This document shows positions 22,681-32,529 of a stretch of DNA of 64,000 nt, piece after piece. The translations under genes and the position numbers were made by a program. The notes below the pieces were generated by a model. It searched no databases and was not told the DNA's origin. It saw only the letters and a list, made by a program, of their open reading frames with translations. Numbering within the stretch: position 1 is the stretch's first letter; every line of letters starts with the position of its first letter. The stretch is from Bacillota bacterium. GTDB taxonomy: Bacteria > Bacillota > SHA-98 > UBA4971. The stretch is taken from contig JACIXY010000002.1 of NCBI GenBank assembly GCA_014360195.1, forward strand, positions 5,986-69,985, read 5' to 3'.

Positions 22681-24336
22681 CTACAGATCGATGTCCAGGT
22701 CGAGATCGTCGTCGAAATCGAACTCACGCCTCGACTTCTTCGGGACTCGTCCTTTTCTCGGAAGCTCTTCGTCCAGATCTTCGCCCTTCTTCACCTTGTC
22801 CTTCTTCTTGCGTCGGCCCACAGCCTCGCCCGGAGCTTCCCTGTCCGTTTCGGCGAGTCCTTCAGGCTTCTCCTTGCCCGCCCTGGCAGCAAGCCCTGCC
22901 TCTTCCACTGGGACCGTGTCACCGAAAGCCTCAGCCTCATCCGCTGCGGCGGGGACGGGGCCCGGGGCCTCGACCTCTTCTGCCGTGCCCCTGTCGCCAT
23001 CCATCGGCTGAGCGGCCTCACGATCCTCCTGCGCCACTTCGAAGCCTGGGGCGCGGCCCACGTCCTCCCCGGTCTCGGCCCACTCATCCACGATAGGCTC
23101 ATCCACTGCTATGGGTTCATCCACTGCGGGGGCCACCGGAGCCACGGTTTCGGTCTCAATCTCGATTGCGGGGGCCGCCGGAGCCGCGGTTTCGGTCTCA
23201 ATCTCGATGTCGGCCTCTGGCTCCTCCCCAGCCTCGACGGTGCGGGCCTCTTGCTCCTGCGCGGCTCTCTCGGCGGCCAGGCGCTCCTCTTCCTCCTCCA
23301 GCGCCCGCGCCTGCGAGTCGCTCTTGATGTCGATCTTCCAGCCTGTCAGCTTGGCCGCAAGCCGCACGTTCTGGCCTTCCTTCCCGATTGCCAGCGATAA
23401 CTGGTTGTCCGGTACTATCGCTCTCGCCACGTGGTTCGCCTCGTCCACACGCGTCAGAATGACCCGTGCAGGACTGAGCGCGTTGGACACGTATATGCCG
23501 GGGTCGTCATGCCACTGGATGATGTCTATCTTCTCACCCCGTAGCTCAGCAACGATCTTCTGGACCCGCATTCCACGAGGACCTACGCAGGCGCCGACTG
23601 CATCCACGTTCGGGTCGTACGAAAGTACTGCCACCTTGGACCTGCTGCCGGCCTCCCTAGCGATGCCCTTTATCTCGACGGTCCCATCGTATATCTCCGG
23701 TACTTCAAGCTCCAGAAGCCTTTTGAGGAGACCGGGATGGCTCCGGGAGACGACCACCTGCGGCCCTTTCGGCGTCTTGCGTGCCTCTACGATGTAGACC
23801 TTTATCCTGTCGCCGAATGAGTAGCTCTCCCGCTGCACCTGCTCGGACGGAGGCATGATAGCCTCCACCCGGCCGAGGTCGACGATGACGTTGCGCATCT
23901 CGCGCCGCTGCACGATTCCCGTCACGACATCGCCTTCCCTGTTGCTGTATTCTTCGTATATTACGCCCCGCTCGGCCTCGCGGATCTTTTGGACCACGAC
24001 CTGCTTGGCAGTCTGCGCGGCTATCCGCCCAAACTCACGGGGCGTCACCTCCACCTCGAAGACATCGCCGATCTGGTGCGTGGGGTCCACCGCTCGAGCC
24101 TCATCCAGCGATATCTCCTGCCTGGGGTCCCGCGGCACCTCCACAACGTTCTTGTGCGCATAGACGTTGATATCACCGGTCTCGGGGTCTATCTTCACTC
24201 TGACGTTCTGGGAAGAGCCATAGTTCCGCTTGAAAGCAGAGACAAGCGCTGTTTCTATGGCCTCAAGCAGCGCAGCGCGCGGGATCCCCCGCTCCTTTTC
24301 AAGTTGTGTAAGCGCCTGAATGACCTCGGAATTCAT
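22681..24336 (-). CDS. nusA: transcription termination/antitermination factor NusA with an acidic, repeat-rich C-terminal tail
   Basis: S1 and KH domains. Start at ATG 24336 ([18 protein letters not shown]) after GAGGAGGG. Confidence 0.9.
   Translation of the reverse strand: MNSEVIQALTQLEKERGIPRAALLEAIETALVSAFKRNYGSSQNVRVKIDPETGDINVYAHKNVVEVPRDPRQEISLDEARAVDPTHQIGDVFEVEVTPREFGRIAAQTAKQVVVQKIREAERGVIYEEYSNREGDVVTGIVQRREMRNVIVDLGRVEAIMPPSEQVQRESYSFGDRIKVYIVEARKTPKGPQVVVSRSHPGLLKRLLELEVPEIYDGTVEIKGIAREAGSRSKVAVLSYDPNVDAVGACVGPRGMRVQKIVAELRGEKIDIIQWHDDPGIYVSNALSPARVILTRVDEANHVARAIVPDNQLSLAIGKEGQNVRLAAKLTGWKIDIKSDSQARALEEEEERLAAERAAQEQEARTVEAGEEPEADIEIETETAAPAAPAIEIETETVAPVAPAVDEPIAVDEPIVDEWAETGEDVGRAPGFEVAQEDREAAQPMDGDRGTAEEVEAPGPVPAAADEAEAFGDTVPVEEAGLAARAGKEKPEGLAETDREAPGEAVGRRKKKDKVKKGEDLDEELPRKGRVPKKSRREFDFDDDLDLDIDL
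23125..23208. repeat. 2 x 42-bp tandem direct repeat inside the nusA 3' region
   Basis: GCGGGGGCCRCCGGAGCCRCGGTTTCGGTCTCAATCTCGAT appears twice in a row. It encodes the IEIETETxAPxAPA repeats. Confidence 0.7.
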
Positions 24337-24450
24337 CGTAACCCTCCTCGCCACCCGGCGAATTATCCCGTATCCCGTATCATGGGCTGCAAAATGCGGG
24401 CATTTCGCCCGCCTGCCGAAAATCAGGAGACCTCGGACAGCCCGCCGACC

Positions 24451-24909
24451 CTAGATCTCCACGACAAGCCTCGCATGGCTTATCTTCTCGCGGGGCACCT
24501 CAACGGTGCGCCCGTCCAGGTCGAGCCTGACTTTTCCGTCGGCCATGCCGAGAAGCCTGCCCTCAAACGACTTCCTGCCGTCAACCGGAGCATACGTGGT
24601 CACAAGCACCGTGCGTCCGCGGAACCGCTCGTAGTCGCTCTCGCGCCTCAAGGGTTTCTCCCCCGAGGATGACACCTCCAGCACGTAGCTCTGAGGAATC
24701 GGATCGAGCTCATCCAGCTTGCGGCCGAGTTCGTTGTTGACCCACTCGCAATCGTCCATGGAGACTCCCTCAGGGCGATCGATGTACACCCTGAGGTACC
24801 ACTGCCCACCCTCTCGGACATATTCCACGTCGACAAGATCGATTCCTCTTCCATCCAGCATTGGTCGCAGGATCTCCGTGACCAGGTTCTCGATGTCCTG
24901 AGCCTTCAC
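24451..24909 (-). CDS. rimP: ribosome maturation factor RimP
   Basis: GTG 24909 (VKAQDIENLV…) after GAGGAGG. It is the first gene of the nusA operon. Confidence 0.8.
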   Translation of the reverse strand: MKAQDIENLVTEILRPMLDGRGIDLVDVEYVREGGQWYLRVYIDRPEGVSMDDCEWVNNELGRKLDELDPIPQSYVLEVSSSGEKPLRRESDYERFRGRTVLVTTYAPVDGRKSFEGRLLGMADGKVRLDLDGRTVEVPREKISHARLVVEI

Positions 24910-25266
24910 GTGATTTCCTCCTCTACTCAAGCGCACGATGCAAGCCTCTGGGCTGGGCCGTCACCCAGCTCCGGCGACCCACACGGGATGAGGCCAAACC
25001 GCCTCACAACATGAGAGAGTGGGTTTCCCCACTCTCCACACTTGCCGCAGCGTTGACGGCTCGAAGGCTCTACGGTTAGAGTATAACATACGAGACGCCG
25101 CCGTGCAATAACGCAAAGTGCAACAACAAAACGATGGACGATGAAACATGGAGCGACCCAAACCGACCTCGCCCGGACCGGCCTCGCCAGGGACCTCGTC
25201 GCCCCGGAAAGAAACGCCCCTCCAGGGCATACAATCGTTTTGACAAACGACGGGAGGCTTCCTGAA

Positions 25267-25533
25267 ATGACAGGGGAAGAGAGAGTGGTGGCAGCGATGG
25301 CCTGCCTCCGGGCAGCCGGCGCGATGGTCGAGGTTCTCGGGGCGTTTCTGATGCTCAGGTGCAGCCGCATCTCCGCAGCGCTGAAGATCAACGCGGCCCT
25401 CGGGATCCTCGGTCCCGCCGTCCTCGTGCTGGTGTGTGCGCTAGGGCTCTCGGGCATCGTGGGCCGCGTGTCCTGGGTGAAGCTGTTCATTATCCTCTGC
25501 GGCACGATGCTGATCATGGCTGGAACGAGATAG
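25267..25533 (+). CDS. small hydrophobic membrane protein (two predicted TM helices), hypothetical
   Basis: 88 aa from ATG 25267 after GGGAGG. The sequence AALKINAALGILGPAVLVLVCALGLSGIV is strongly hydrophobic. Codon usage fits a high-GC coding region. Confidence 0.4.
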   Translation: MTGEERVVAAMACLRAAGAMVEVLGAFLMLRCSRISAALKINAALGILGPAVLVLVCALGLSGIVGRVSWVKLFIILCGTMLIMAGTR

Positions 25534-25569
25534 GCACGAGACGGCGAAGCGTGCCATCGTGTCATTCTC

Positions 25570-25598
25570 TTGAAATTGGGCAGGTGCAAGTGTAGAAT
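25570..25598 (+). promoter_or_regulatory. sigma-A type promoter, TTGAAA-17-TAGAAT, upstream of the EF-G paralog
   Basis: -35 TTGAAA at 25570-25575 and -10 TAGAAT at 25593-25598, separated by a 17-bp spacer. AAGGAGG and the ATG follow about 50 nt downstream. Confidence 0.45.
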
Positions 25599-25645
25599 AA
25601 GGAAGGCAACACAAGACTGGACGAGCGTTTGATAACAAGGAGGAG

Positions 25646-27742
25646 ATGTTTTTGAAGAGATACCGGACGGAGGATCTCCGGAACGTGGCCCTCATCGCCC
25701 ATGGCGGGGCAGGAAAAACCAGCCTTGCCGAGGCGATTTTGTATGATGCCCACGCGATCGATAGGCTCGGCAGGGTGGACGAGGGAACCAGCACAATGGA
25801 TTACGACCCCGATGAGATCAAGCGCAAGATCTCCATTTCCACCGCAGTGGCCCCCTTCGAATGGAAGGGTGTAAAGGTCAACCTGATTGATACACCGGGT
25901 TACGCGGACTTCGTCGGCGAGGTGAAAAGCGGGCTCCGGGTGGCGGATTCCGCGCTCGTCGTGGTCTGCGCGGTTTCCGGCGTCGAAGTGGGAACCGAGA
26001 ACGTGTGGAAGTTCGCAGATGAGCGCGAGCTTCCGCGAGCCATCGTCGTCACGAAGCTGGACCGCGAGAACGCTGACTTCTTCAAGACGGTTGATGCCGT
26101 GCGAAACACTTTCGGGAACCGCTGCGTCCCCGTGCAGATCCCCGTTGGCTCTCAGGACAGTTTCCGGGGCGTGGTGGACCTCATCAGGATGAAAGCCATC
26201 GTGTACGAGGACGGAGCCGGCGCGAAGTTTAAGGAGGAGGACATTCCCGGAGACCTCCTGGGCCGGGCACAGGAGTTACGCGACGCGCTTGTGGAGATCG
26301 CCGCGGAAAGCGACGACGAACTCATCGAGAAATATCTCGAAGGTAACGAGTTGACGCAAGAAGAGATCGTAAAGGGCCTGCGGGCCGGGGTCATCCAAGG
26401 AAAGGCGTACCCGATCTTGTGCGCTTCTGCGCTCCGGAACATCGGTGTACAGCCACTCATTGACGCCATCGTATCGCTTCTGCCTTCGCCGGTGGACGCA
26501 GGCGCCGTGAAAGGCACAGTACCCGGGTCCGAAGAGAAAACCGAAAGGGCTCCCGAGGACGGCGCGCCGCTCGCAGCACTCGTGTTCAAAACCACGGCGG
26601 ACCCCTTCGTCGGCAGGATCAGCATGTTCCGGGTTTATTCCGGCACGCTCAGGTCCGACTCGCAGGTATACAACATCACCCGCGATGCCCAGGAACGCGT
26701 CGGCCAGGTTTTCTTCATGAAGGGGAAGCAGCAGGAACCTGCCGGTGAGGTGGGTGCCGGCGACATCGCCGCGGTGGCGAAGCTTTCGGTGACAGCGACG
26801 GGCGACACATTCACAGACAAAGCCAACCCCATAGTGCTGCCGGGGATAGAGTTCCCCAAGCCCACCCTGGCGATGGCCATGAAGCCGAAGAGCAAGGGCG
26901 ACGAGGAGAAGATCAGCAGTGGCCTTGCGAGGCTCGCCGAGGAAGACCCCACAGTCGTGGTCAGACGAGATGTCGAGACGTCTGAGACCATAGTCGAGGG
27001 CATGGGAGAGGTCCACATCGAGGTCATCGCGGAGAAGCTGAAGCGCAAGTTCGGAACCGACGTGGTCCTCGAGACTCCGAAGGTGCCATACCGCGAGACC
27101 ATCCGTGGAACTGCGAAGGTTGAGGGGAAACACAAGAAGCAAACCGGTGGACGCGGTCAGTATGGCCACGTGTTCCTCGAGCTTGAGCCACTGCCGCCCG
27201 GAGGGGATTTCGAATTCGTCGACAAGATCTTCGGGGGTGCCGTGCCGCGGCAGTACATCCCGGCGGTGGAGAAAGGCGTGCGAGAGGCACTCCAGGAGGG
27301 GGTGCTCGCAGGCTACCCGATGGTTGATGTCAAGGTCACCCTCTACGACGGCTCATACCACCCTGTGGACTCATCCGAAATGGCGTTCAAGATCGCCGCG
27401 TCGATGGCCTTCAAGAAGGGGGCCATGGAGGCGCACCCGGTGCTGCTCGAGCCCATAATGAGCGTTCAGGTCGTGGTGCCGGAGAACCAGATGGGAGACG
27501 TCATGGGCGACCTCAACAAAAGGCGCGGAAGGATCATGGGCATGGAGCCTCACGGCAAATACCAGATCATCAAGGCGCAGGTACCCATGGCGGAGATGTT
27601 CAAGTACGCCATAGATCTCCGCTCCATCACAGGCGGGCGCGGGTCGTACTCGATGGAGTTCTCCCACTACGAGGAGGTCCCTGCCCAGATCAGCCAGCAG
27701 ATAATCGAGAAGGCAAAGAAGGAGAAAGAGCAGCAGGCCTGA
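25646..27742 (+). CDS. elongation factor G paralog (EF-G2-like translational GTPase)
   Basis: 698 aa with G motifs AHGGAGKTS, DTPGYADF and TKLD, plus EF-G domains II-V. Confidence 0.85.
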   Translation: MFLKRYRTEDLRNVALIAHGGAGKTSLAEAILYDAHAIDRLGRVDEGTSTMDYDPDEIKRKISISTAVAPFEWKGVKVNLIDTPGYADFVGEVKSGLRVADSALVVVCAVSGVEVGTENVWKFADERELPRAIVVTKLDRENADFFKTVDAVRNTFGNRCVPVQIPVGSQDSFRGVVDLIRMKAIVYEDGAGAKFKEEDIPGDLLGRAQELRDALVEIAAESDDELIEKYLEGNELTQEEIVKGLRAGVIQGKAYPILCASALRNIGVQPLIDAIVSLLPSPVDAGAVKGTVPGSEEKTERAPEDGAPLAALVFKTTADPFVGRISMFRVYSGTLRSDSQVYNITRDAQERVGQVFFMKGKQQEPAGEVGAGDIAAVAKLSVTATGDTFTDKANPIVLPGIEFPKPTLAMAMKPKSKGDEEKISSGLARLAEEDPTVVVRRDVETSETIVEGMGEVHIEVIAEKLKRKFGTDVVLETPKVPYRETIRGTAKVEGKHKKQTGGRGQYGHVFLELEPLPPGGDFEFVDKIFGGAVPRQYIPAVEKGVREALQEGVLAGYPMVDVKVTLYDGSYHPVDSSEMAFKIAASMAFKKGAMEAHPVLLEPIMSVQVVVPENQMGDVMGDLNKRRGRIMGMEPHGKYQIIKAQVPMAEMFKYAIDLRSITGGRGSYSMEFSHYEEVPAQISQQIIEKAKKEKEQQA

Positions 27743-27787
27743 GGGGCTACACGGAACAGATTCGGGCGGATCGCCGCACGACAGCAC

Positions 27788-27826
27788 GAGGGAGCTTGCG
27801 CGACGCAAGCTCCCTCTCTGCATAAT
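27788..27826 (+). terminator. rho-independent terminator
   Basis: Perfect 13-bp stem GAGGGAGCTTGCG / CGCAAGCTCCCTC with a 3-nt loop, followed by TCTGCATAAT. Confidence 0.6.
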
Positions 27827-27894
27827 GGCAAGCTGCACGGGGAATACGAAGATTAAGTGTGGGTTGTGTATCTGGATCTGGGAGGTCAGGATCC

Positions 27895-29106
27895 ATGCCG
27901 CTTCTTACTTATGACTCGCCCAACACCACCAGGGTTTTCGGTAGGGGACCGTATCAAACCAACGTTGCCGTAACACAGCTTGCCTTCGGGCGCCGGTCCA
28001 ACGCAGTCATTCTTGCAAGCTCCGAGCACCCTCTGGATGCCATCGTCGCCCTCTCCCTTGTGCACCAGCCCATCGATGGGCCGGTGCTCCTCAGTTCGCC
28101 GGGCGGTCTCGACCCGGTTGTCCTGGACGAGGTTCGGAGGCTGGCGCCCATCGGCGCGGAGGGTCTTGCGCAGATAATCATCGTTGGAGCGCTCGGCGAT
28201 GCCGTTGAACGGCAGGTGACCTCGTTGGGGTTCTCAGTGCTGAGGCTCACCGGAATAAACGCCTACCACACTGCAGCGGAGATCGCAAGGTTCCTCGGTT
28301 ACCCCGGAGACATCATGCTGCTACCGGGTGAGCATCCTCTCTCAGGCCTCTGCGCGGGAGCCATGGCCGTGCACGCCGGGGTACCCGTGCTCTTCACCCT
28401 GAAGGATACCCTTCCTCAGGAGACAGCCGGAGCGATCCGCGCCTCCGGAAAGTCTGTAAACGTGTTCATCGTGGGGAGCCGCAGTCTCATCTCGGATGAG
28501 GTTGAGGAGGCGGTCCGCGACCTCACCTCAGGCACGGTCGGGAGGATCTCTGCGGAGGAGCCCTTCGAGCTCTCGGTGAAATTCGCAAAGTACCGCTCAG
28601 CGGACGGAAGGTTCGGGTTCGGCAAGATCGAGAAGCAGGGCCACGCGTTCACCTTTGTTAACCCGGGGAGATGGCAGGACGCGATATCCGGTGCGCTCCT
28701 CGCGCACATGGGCAAGCACACGCCGATTCTTTTCTGCCGCCGGGATGACCTTCCGGCGGTTGTCCGCGATTACCTCCTCCGGGTGAACCCGGCGCAGGGA
28801 AGGCCCGAGCCTCCATTCATGCATGCGTTCATCGTTGGCGATTTCGACGCCATATCCGCCTCGGTGCAGCTCGAGATAGACGACACCATATCCATAGACA
28901 GGAAAGCCGATCACGAAGTCGTGCACACCGTTGCCCCCGGTGACAGCCTCCTCCAGATCGCAAGGCGCTATGGCGTGCCGATACGAGACATCGCCAGTGC
29001 GAACCAGCTGTCGGCCGAAACGGGCCTTGCGCCCGGGTCAAGGCTCCTCATCCCATACGCCGTCACCGGAGCGCCCCCGGCGCCGCCGGCACAGGAGCTT
29101 CACTGA
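27895..29106 (+). CDS. secreted cell-wall-associated protein with three cell-wall-binding-type repeats and a C-terminal LysM domain
   Basis: Start reset to ATG 27895 after GGGAGG. Three ~100-aa repeats carry the pattern AVTQLAFG…ILASSEHPLDA. The C-terminal HTVAPGDSLLQIARRYGVPIRDIASANQL…GSRLLIP is a LysM domain. Confidence 0.6.
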   Translation: MPLLTYDSPNTTRVFGRGPYQTNVAVTQLAFGRRSNAVILASSEHPLDAIVALSLVHQPIDGPVLLSSPGGLDPVVLDEVRRLAPIGAEGLAQIIIVGALGDAVERQVTSLGFSVLRLTGINAYHTAAEIARFLGYPGDIMLLPGEHPLSGLCAGAMAVHAGVPVLFTLKDTLPQETAGAIRASGKSVNVFIVGSRSLISDEVEEAVRDLTSGTVGRISAEEPFELSVKFAKYRSADGRFGFGKIEKQGHAFTFVNPGRWQDAISGALLAHMGKHTPILFCRRDDLPAVVRDYLLRVNPAQGRPEPPFMHAFIVGDFDAISASVQLEIDDTISIDRKADHEVVHTVAPGDSLLQIARRYGVPIRDIASANQLSAETGLAPGSRLLIPYAVTGAPPAPPAQELH

Positions 29107-29155
29107 CTCACGGATACCAAATTGACGGCACCGTAGGTACCGAATGCTCTGGGGT

Positions 29156-30433
29156 TCAGAACCTGTAGACCAGGGTGACCCGGGACTTGAACCTGTGAGT
29201 GTTCTTTGTCTCCCTGAGCGGGTACTCCCGGCGCTTGATCTCGGCCTCATAAGTGATGTCGATGTCCTGAGAGAGGTCGTAGGTAAGCTTCCATGTGACC
29301 TCTGTCTCACTGTAATCTTCATCTCTCTCCTCCGGGTCCGCGTAAGCCTTCCGGGACAGCACGCACCCTGCGCAAAGCGAAAGCCTGTCGCCCATGGGAA
29401 GCTCTGCCTCTGCGCCGATGCTCTGGGCCCTGTACTCCTTCTTCGTGGACGCGGGCACCTTCCGCTCGAACACCGTCCCCTCAACCGTCAGTGTGCCCAC
29501 GACGGTCCCTCCCATCGACAGCGACGCAGCGATCTCCCGGTCGCGAAGGTCCTTTTCGCGGGCGAACGGAAACTCCTTGTCTATGTGAGAAAGTATCAGG
29601 CCCACAGAGAGACGTGGTCTGGGATCCCACGACAGCGTGATCTCACGGGTGTGCTGGTCATACGTTTTGTTGCGGGACCCGGGGTAAGCCGCATGCTTTC
29701 GCTCGAGCCTGACCTTTCCCCCCAGCTTCGCAGTTTGCTTGACGCCCAGTTCAAACCAAGACACACGCGTGGTCGAGCTTTTGTACGGAGCGATGCGGTA
29801 CTCCCTGTCGATAAGGTTGAGGCCTACCAGAGCGGACATCCACGGCCCGGGAACCACCCTGACCTCGCCCGAGACCTCCCGGCGCCCGTGGTCGCTCGCC
29901 GGCCGGTATGGGTAGGCAGCCCCTTCTTCCTCCCAGACAACTTTCGTGGACATTCGCCCGGAAGGCGATTTCCATGCCAGCGCGGCCCTGACGGTAGATG
30001 AGATGCGCTCTGTTCCCGGCTCGGCGGCGTCGTCAGACTCAGACGTCCTGCTTCTCCTTGCGTCCAGGTCAAGCCTGAGCCCTCCTCCCGGCTTTGCCGC
30101 AAACGCTACAGCCGCGTACCCCAAGAGGCCGCACCCGGCAGGGTTGGGCCTTGCGCCTGCCGTGATGTCACATGATATCCCTGCTCCGGCTGGCAGGCGC
30201 AGCTTACCGTCAAACGCCATGCCGAGCTTCATCATATCACCCTCGGAATTCTCGTAAGATGACGAGAATTCCAGCGTGAGCTTGCCGCTCAGGCGCGCTG
30301 CCGCCAATGTCCCGCCGTACTCGGCACTCTTGCTGGCCGCCATAAGACCTTTCGGAAGGAAGACCCACGACACCGCGAGCACACACACGAACACCCCGAC
30401 CAGCCTGCCAAAAGCCGTCTTGCTACCCCCCAT
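29156..30433 (-). CDS. putative outer-membrane beta-barrel protein (signal peptide, amphipathic beta-strands, C-terminal Phe)
   Basis: Start trimmed to the Met that begins a signal peptide (MGGSKTAFGRLVGVFVCVLAVSWVFLPKGLMAAS). The mature region is rich in alternating polar/aromatic strands and ends …FKSRVTLVYRF, the OMP C-terminal signature. Confidence 0.5.
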   Translation of the reverse strand: MGGSKTAFGRLVGVFVCVLAVSWVFLPKGLMAASKSAEYGGTLAAARLSGKLTLEFSSSYENSEGDMMKLGMAFDGKLRLPAGAGISCDITAGARPNPAGCGLLGYAAVAFAAKPGGGLRLDLDARRSRTSESDDAAEPGTERISSTVRAALAWKSPSGRMSTKVVWEEEGAAYPYRPASDHGRREVSGEVRVVPGPWMSALVGLNLIDREYRIAPYKSSTTRVSWFELGVKQTAKLGGKVRLERKHAAYPGSRNKTYDQHTREITLSWDPRPRLSVGLILSHIDKEFPFAREKDLRDREIAASLSMGGTVVGTLTVEGTVFERKVPASTKKEYRAQSIGAEAELPMGDRLSLCAGCVLSRKAYADPEERDEDYSETEVTWKLTYDLSQDIDITYEAEIKRREYPLRETKNTHRFKSRVTLVYRF

Positions 30434-30582
30434 ACGCGCATTTCCTCCCCGAAAGCGTGCAAGTCTGCCCGGCGCGGAGCCGGCACCAATCCTCATGCCG
30501 GCATACAGACGTCTCCATGATACCATGTCCTGCCATGGATTCCAATCCCACTTTCGGGTGATCCTCCCTTCCGCCAGCATCA

Positions 30583-30629
30583 GAACAAAAAGGCCCTCTG
30601 GCACGACACTTGCGCGCGTGCCAGAGGGC
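30583..30629 (-). terminator. rho-independent terminator ending the ornithine-cluster transcript
   Basis: The minus strand has GCCCTCTGGCACG-loop-CGTGCCAGAGGGCC (13-bp stem) followed by TTTTTGTTCTG. Confidence 0.55.
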
Positions 30630-30813
30630 ATCTCAATATCCCGGTTCGCCAACCCGCCTTGATTCCTGAGCGAGCCCACGGGCTTCTCGCGAACCGGGCC
30701 GGATTCTGGCCTGGTGAAACACCCCGGTCCGCCTCCCATAGAGCGACGGACCCGGCGAAACCTCGCCCGTGGGCAGGTTGTTCCACGCCGTCGAGGCTGC
30801 TCCGGAACAACAT

Positions 30814-31056
30814 CTACTTCCGCTTCTTCACAAGCCCCAGGGAGACAGCTTTCGCGTAATCCTTACAGTTCTCGCAATCCCTCCAGCAGTCCATGCAGCC
30901 TTCCTCCGAGTCCCAGCAGTTGTCATGCCTTGCATATACCGGGCAAATAAGGTAAAGGCTCGCAGGGCATCCCCTGAGCTGGCGGCAGCTTCTCAGGCTC
31001 GCAACGGATACGCCCTCCGGAAGCTCGACCTCGGCCACGCGGCACCACTCCTTCAT
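30814..31056 (-). CDS. small Cys-rich (9 Cys) hypothetical protein, last gene of the ornithine cluster
   Basis: 80 aa from ATG 31056 (MKEWCRVAEV…CRQLRGC…ICPV…CWDSEEGCMDCWRDCENC…KKRK). The longer ORF form would overlap the upstream gene by 83 nt. No family was recognised. Confidence 0.35.
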   Translation of the reverse strand: MKEWCRVAEVELPEGVSVASLRSCRQLRGCPASLYLICPVYARHDNCWDSEEGCMDCWRDCENCKDYAKAVSLGLVKKRK

Positions 31057-31153
31057 GGAAGTTGCTCCAGCTATTCCCCTGACGTCCAGAGTGTACCACA
31101 CACCCCCGGACGAGTCAATTTCGCTGGTTCGGTCTCCCAGTTCAGACTCCCGG

Positions 31154-32485
31154 TCAAAAGAGTGTCTCTCTGAACCTCTCCACGATGATCTCCTCCAGAG
31201 TCGGATGGCCGATCTCCTCAAGCTCATAGCGGACACGCAGCGCCGGCTTGGTGATGTTTATCACGCGGCGCAGGTCGATAGGCGTGCCGATGATGACAAC
31301 ATCAGCAGGAGTTCTGTTTATCGTTTCCTCGAGCTCGCGTATCTGCTCTCTGCCGTACCCCATGGCGGGCAGGAGTGGCTCGAGGTCGGGGTATTTCTTC
31401 AGGGTCGCCTTGATGGATCCAACAGCGTAAGGCTCCGGGTCCACGAGCTCCGCCACGCCTTGACGCCTCGCTGCGATCACCCCGGCTCCGTAAGTCATGC
31501 CGCCGTGGGTCAGCGTCGGGCCGTCCTCAACCACAAGGGCTCTCTTGCCCCTTATCATATCGCCCTGCTCGAGCACAACCGGGGAAGCTGCCCGGATGAC
31601 GATCGCACCTGGATTGATCCTCTTCACCGCGCTCTCGACCCTGTCCACATCCTCAGGTTTCGCAGTGTCCACCTTGTTCAGGATGACCACATCCGCCATC
31701 CGGAGATTGGTCTCGCCGGGGTGGAACGAGGTTTCATGGCCCGGCCTGTGCGGGTCCGCAAGGGTGATGTGGAGATCAGGCCGATAGAACGGCATGTCGT
31801 TGTTGCCGCCGTCCCAGAGCACGACATCCGCCTCTTTCTCAGCCTCCCTCAAGATCGCACCGTAATCGACCCCCGCATAGACCACAAATCCCCTTGCGAT
31901 GTGCGGCTCGTACTCCTCGCGCTCTTCTATGGTGGTGTCGTACCTGTCCAGGTCCTCGAATGTCGCGAATCTCTGAACCCTCTGCTTTATGAGGTCCCCG
32001 TATGGCATAGGATGGCGGACGACCACGGCTTTCTTGCCGTGCTTTTTCATGATGTCCGTCACTCTGCGCGTCGTCTGGCTCTTGCCGACACCGGTCCTCA
32101 CAGCCGTGACAGCGATGACCGGCACCTTCGATTTCAGCATCGTGGTGCCCGGGCCCATAAGGCGGAAATCCGGTCCTTTCGCCAGAGCGACGGACGCCCT
32201 GTGCATCACGTCGAGATGGGAGACGTCGCTGTATGCGAACACCACCTGATCCACGCCATGCTTTTCTATGATGGCGGGGAGCTCCTCCTCGGCAAGGATG
32301 GGAATGCCGTCGGGGTAGCCCTTGCCCGCAAGCTCGGGCGGGTAGCGCCTCCCTTCGATGTTCGGAATCTGCGTCGCTGTAAACGCCACTACCTCGTACT
32401 CGTCGTTGTCGCGGAAGAACGTGTTGAAATTGTGGAAATCACGCCCCGCAGCGCCCATGATCACTACCTTCGTCTTCCTTGCCAC
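31154..32485 (-). CDS. P-loop NTPase, tentatively of the cyclic-2,3-diphosphoglycerate-synthetase-like family; function unknown
   Basis: 443 aa from GTG 32485 after GGGAGTGAGG. Rossmann-like N-terminus KVVIMGAAGRDF and P-loop VIAVTAVRTGVGKSQTT. It starts 44 nt downstream of the mutL-like gene on the same strand. Confidence 0.45.
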   Translation of the reverse strand: MARKTKVVIMGAAGRDFHNFNTFFRDNDEYEVVAFTATQIPNIEGRRYPPELAGKGYPDGIPILAEEELPAIIEKHGVDQVVFAYSDVSHLDVMHRASVALAKGPDFRLMGPGTTMLKSKVPVIAVTAVRTGVGKSQTTRRVTDIMKKHGKKAVVVRHPMPYGDLIKQRVQRFATFEDLDRYDTTIEEREEYEPHIARGFVVYAGVDYGAILREAEKEADVVLWDGGNNDMPFYRPDLHITLADPHRPGHETSFHPGETNLRMADVVILNKVDTAKPEDVDRVESAVKRINPGAIVIRAASPVVLEQGDMIRGKRALVVEDGPTLTHGGMTYGAGVIAARRQGVAELVDPEPYAVGSIKATLKKYPDLEPLLPAMGYGREQIRELEETINRTPADVVIIGTPIDLRRVINITKPALRVRYELEEIGHPTLEEIIVERFRETLF

Positions 32486-32529
32486 TTGAGACCTCACTCC
32501 CGTCCTCTCATGAATGATGTTGCCTTGCG

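Noticed and set aside
24927-25589. 220-aa minus-strand ORF upstream of rimP
   Set aside because: No ribosome-binding site and a low-complexity Ala/Arg/Ser-rich sequence. It overlaps the better-supported + strand small membrane-protein gene and the promoter region.
30814-31236. Full 140-aa form of the Cys-rich ORF
   Set aside because: It would overlap the 3' end of the upstream P-loop gene by 83 nt on the same strand. The internal ATG at 31056, with a GGAG, gives a non-overlapping 80-aa product.
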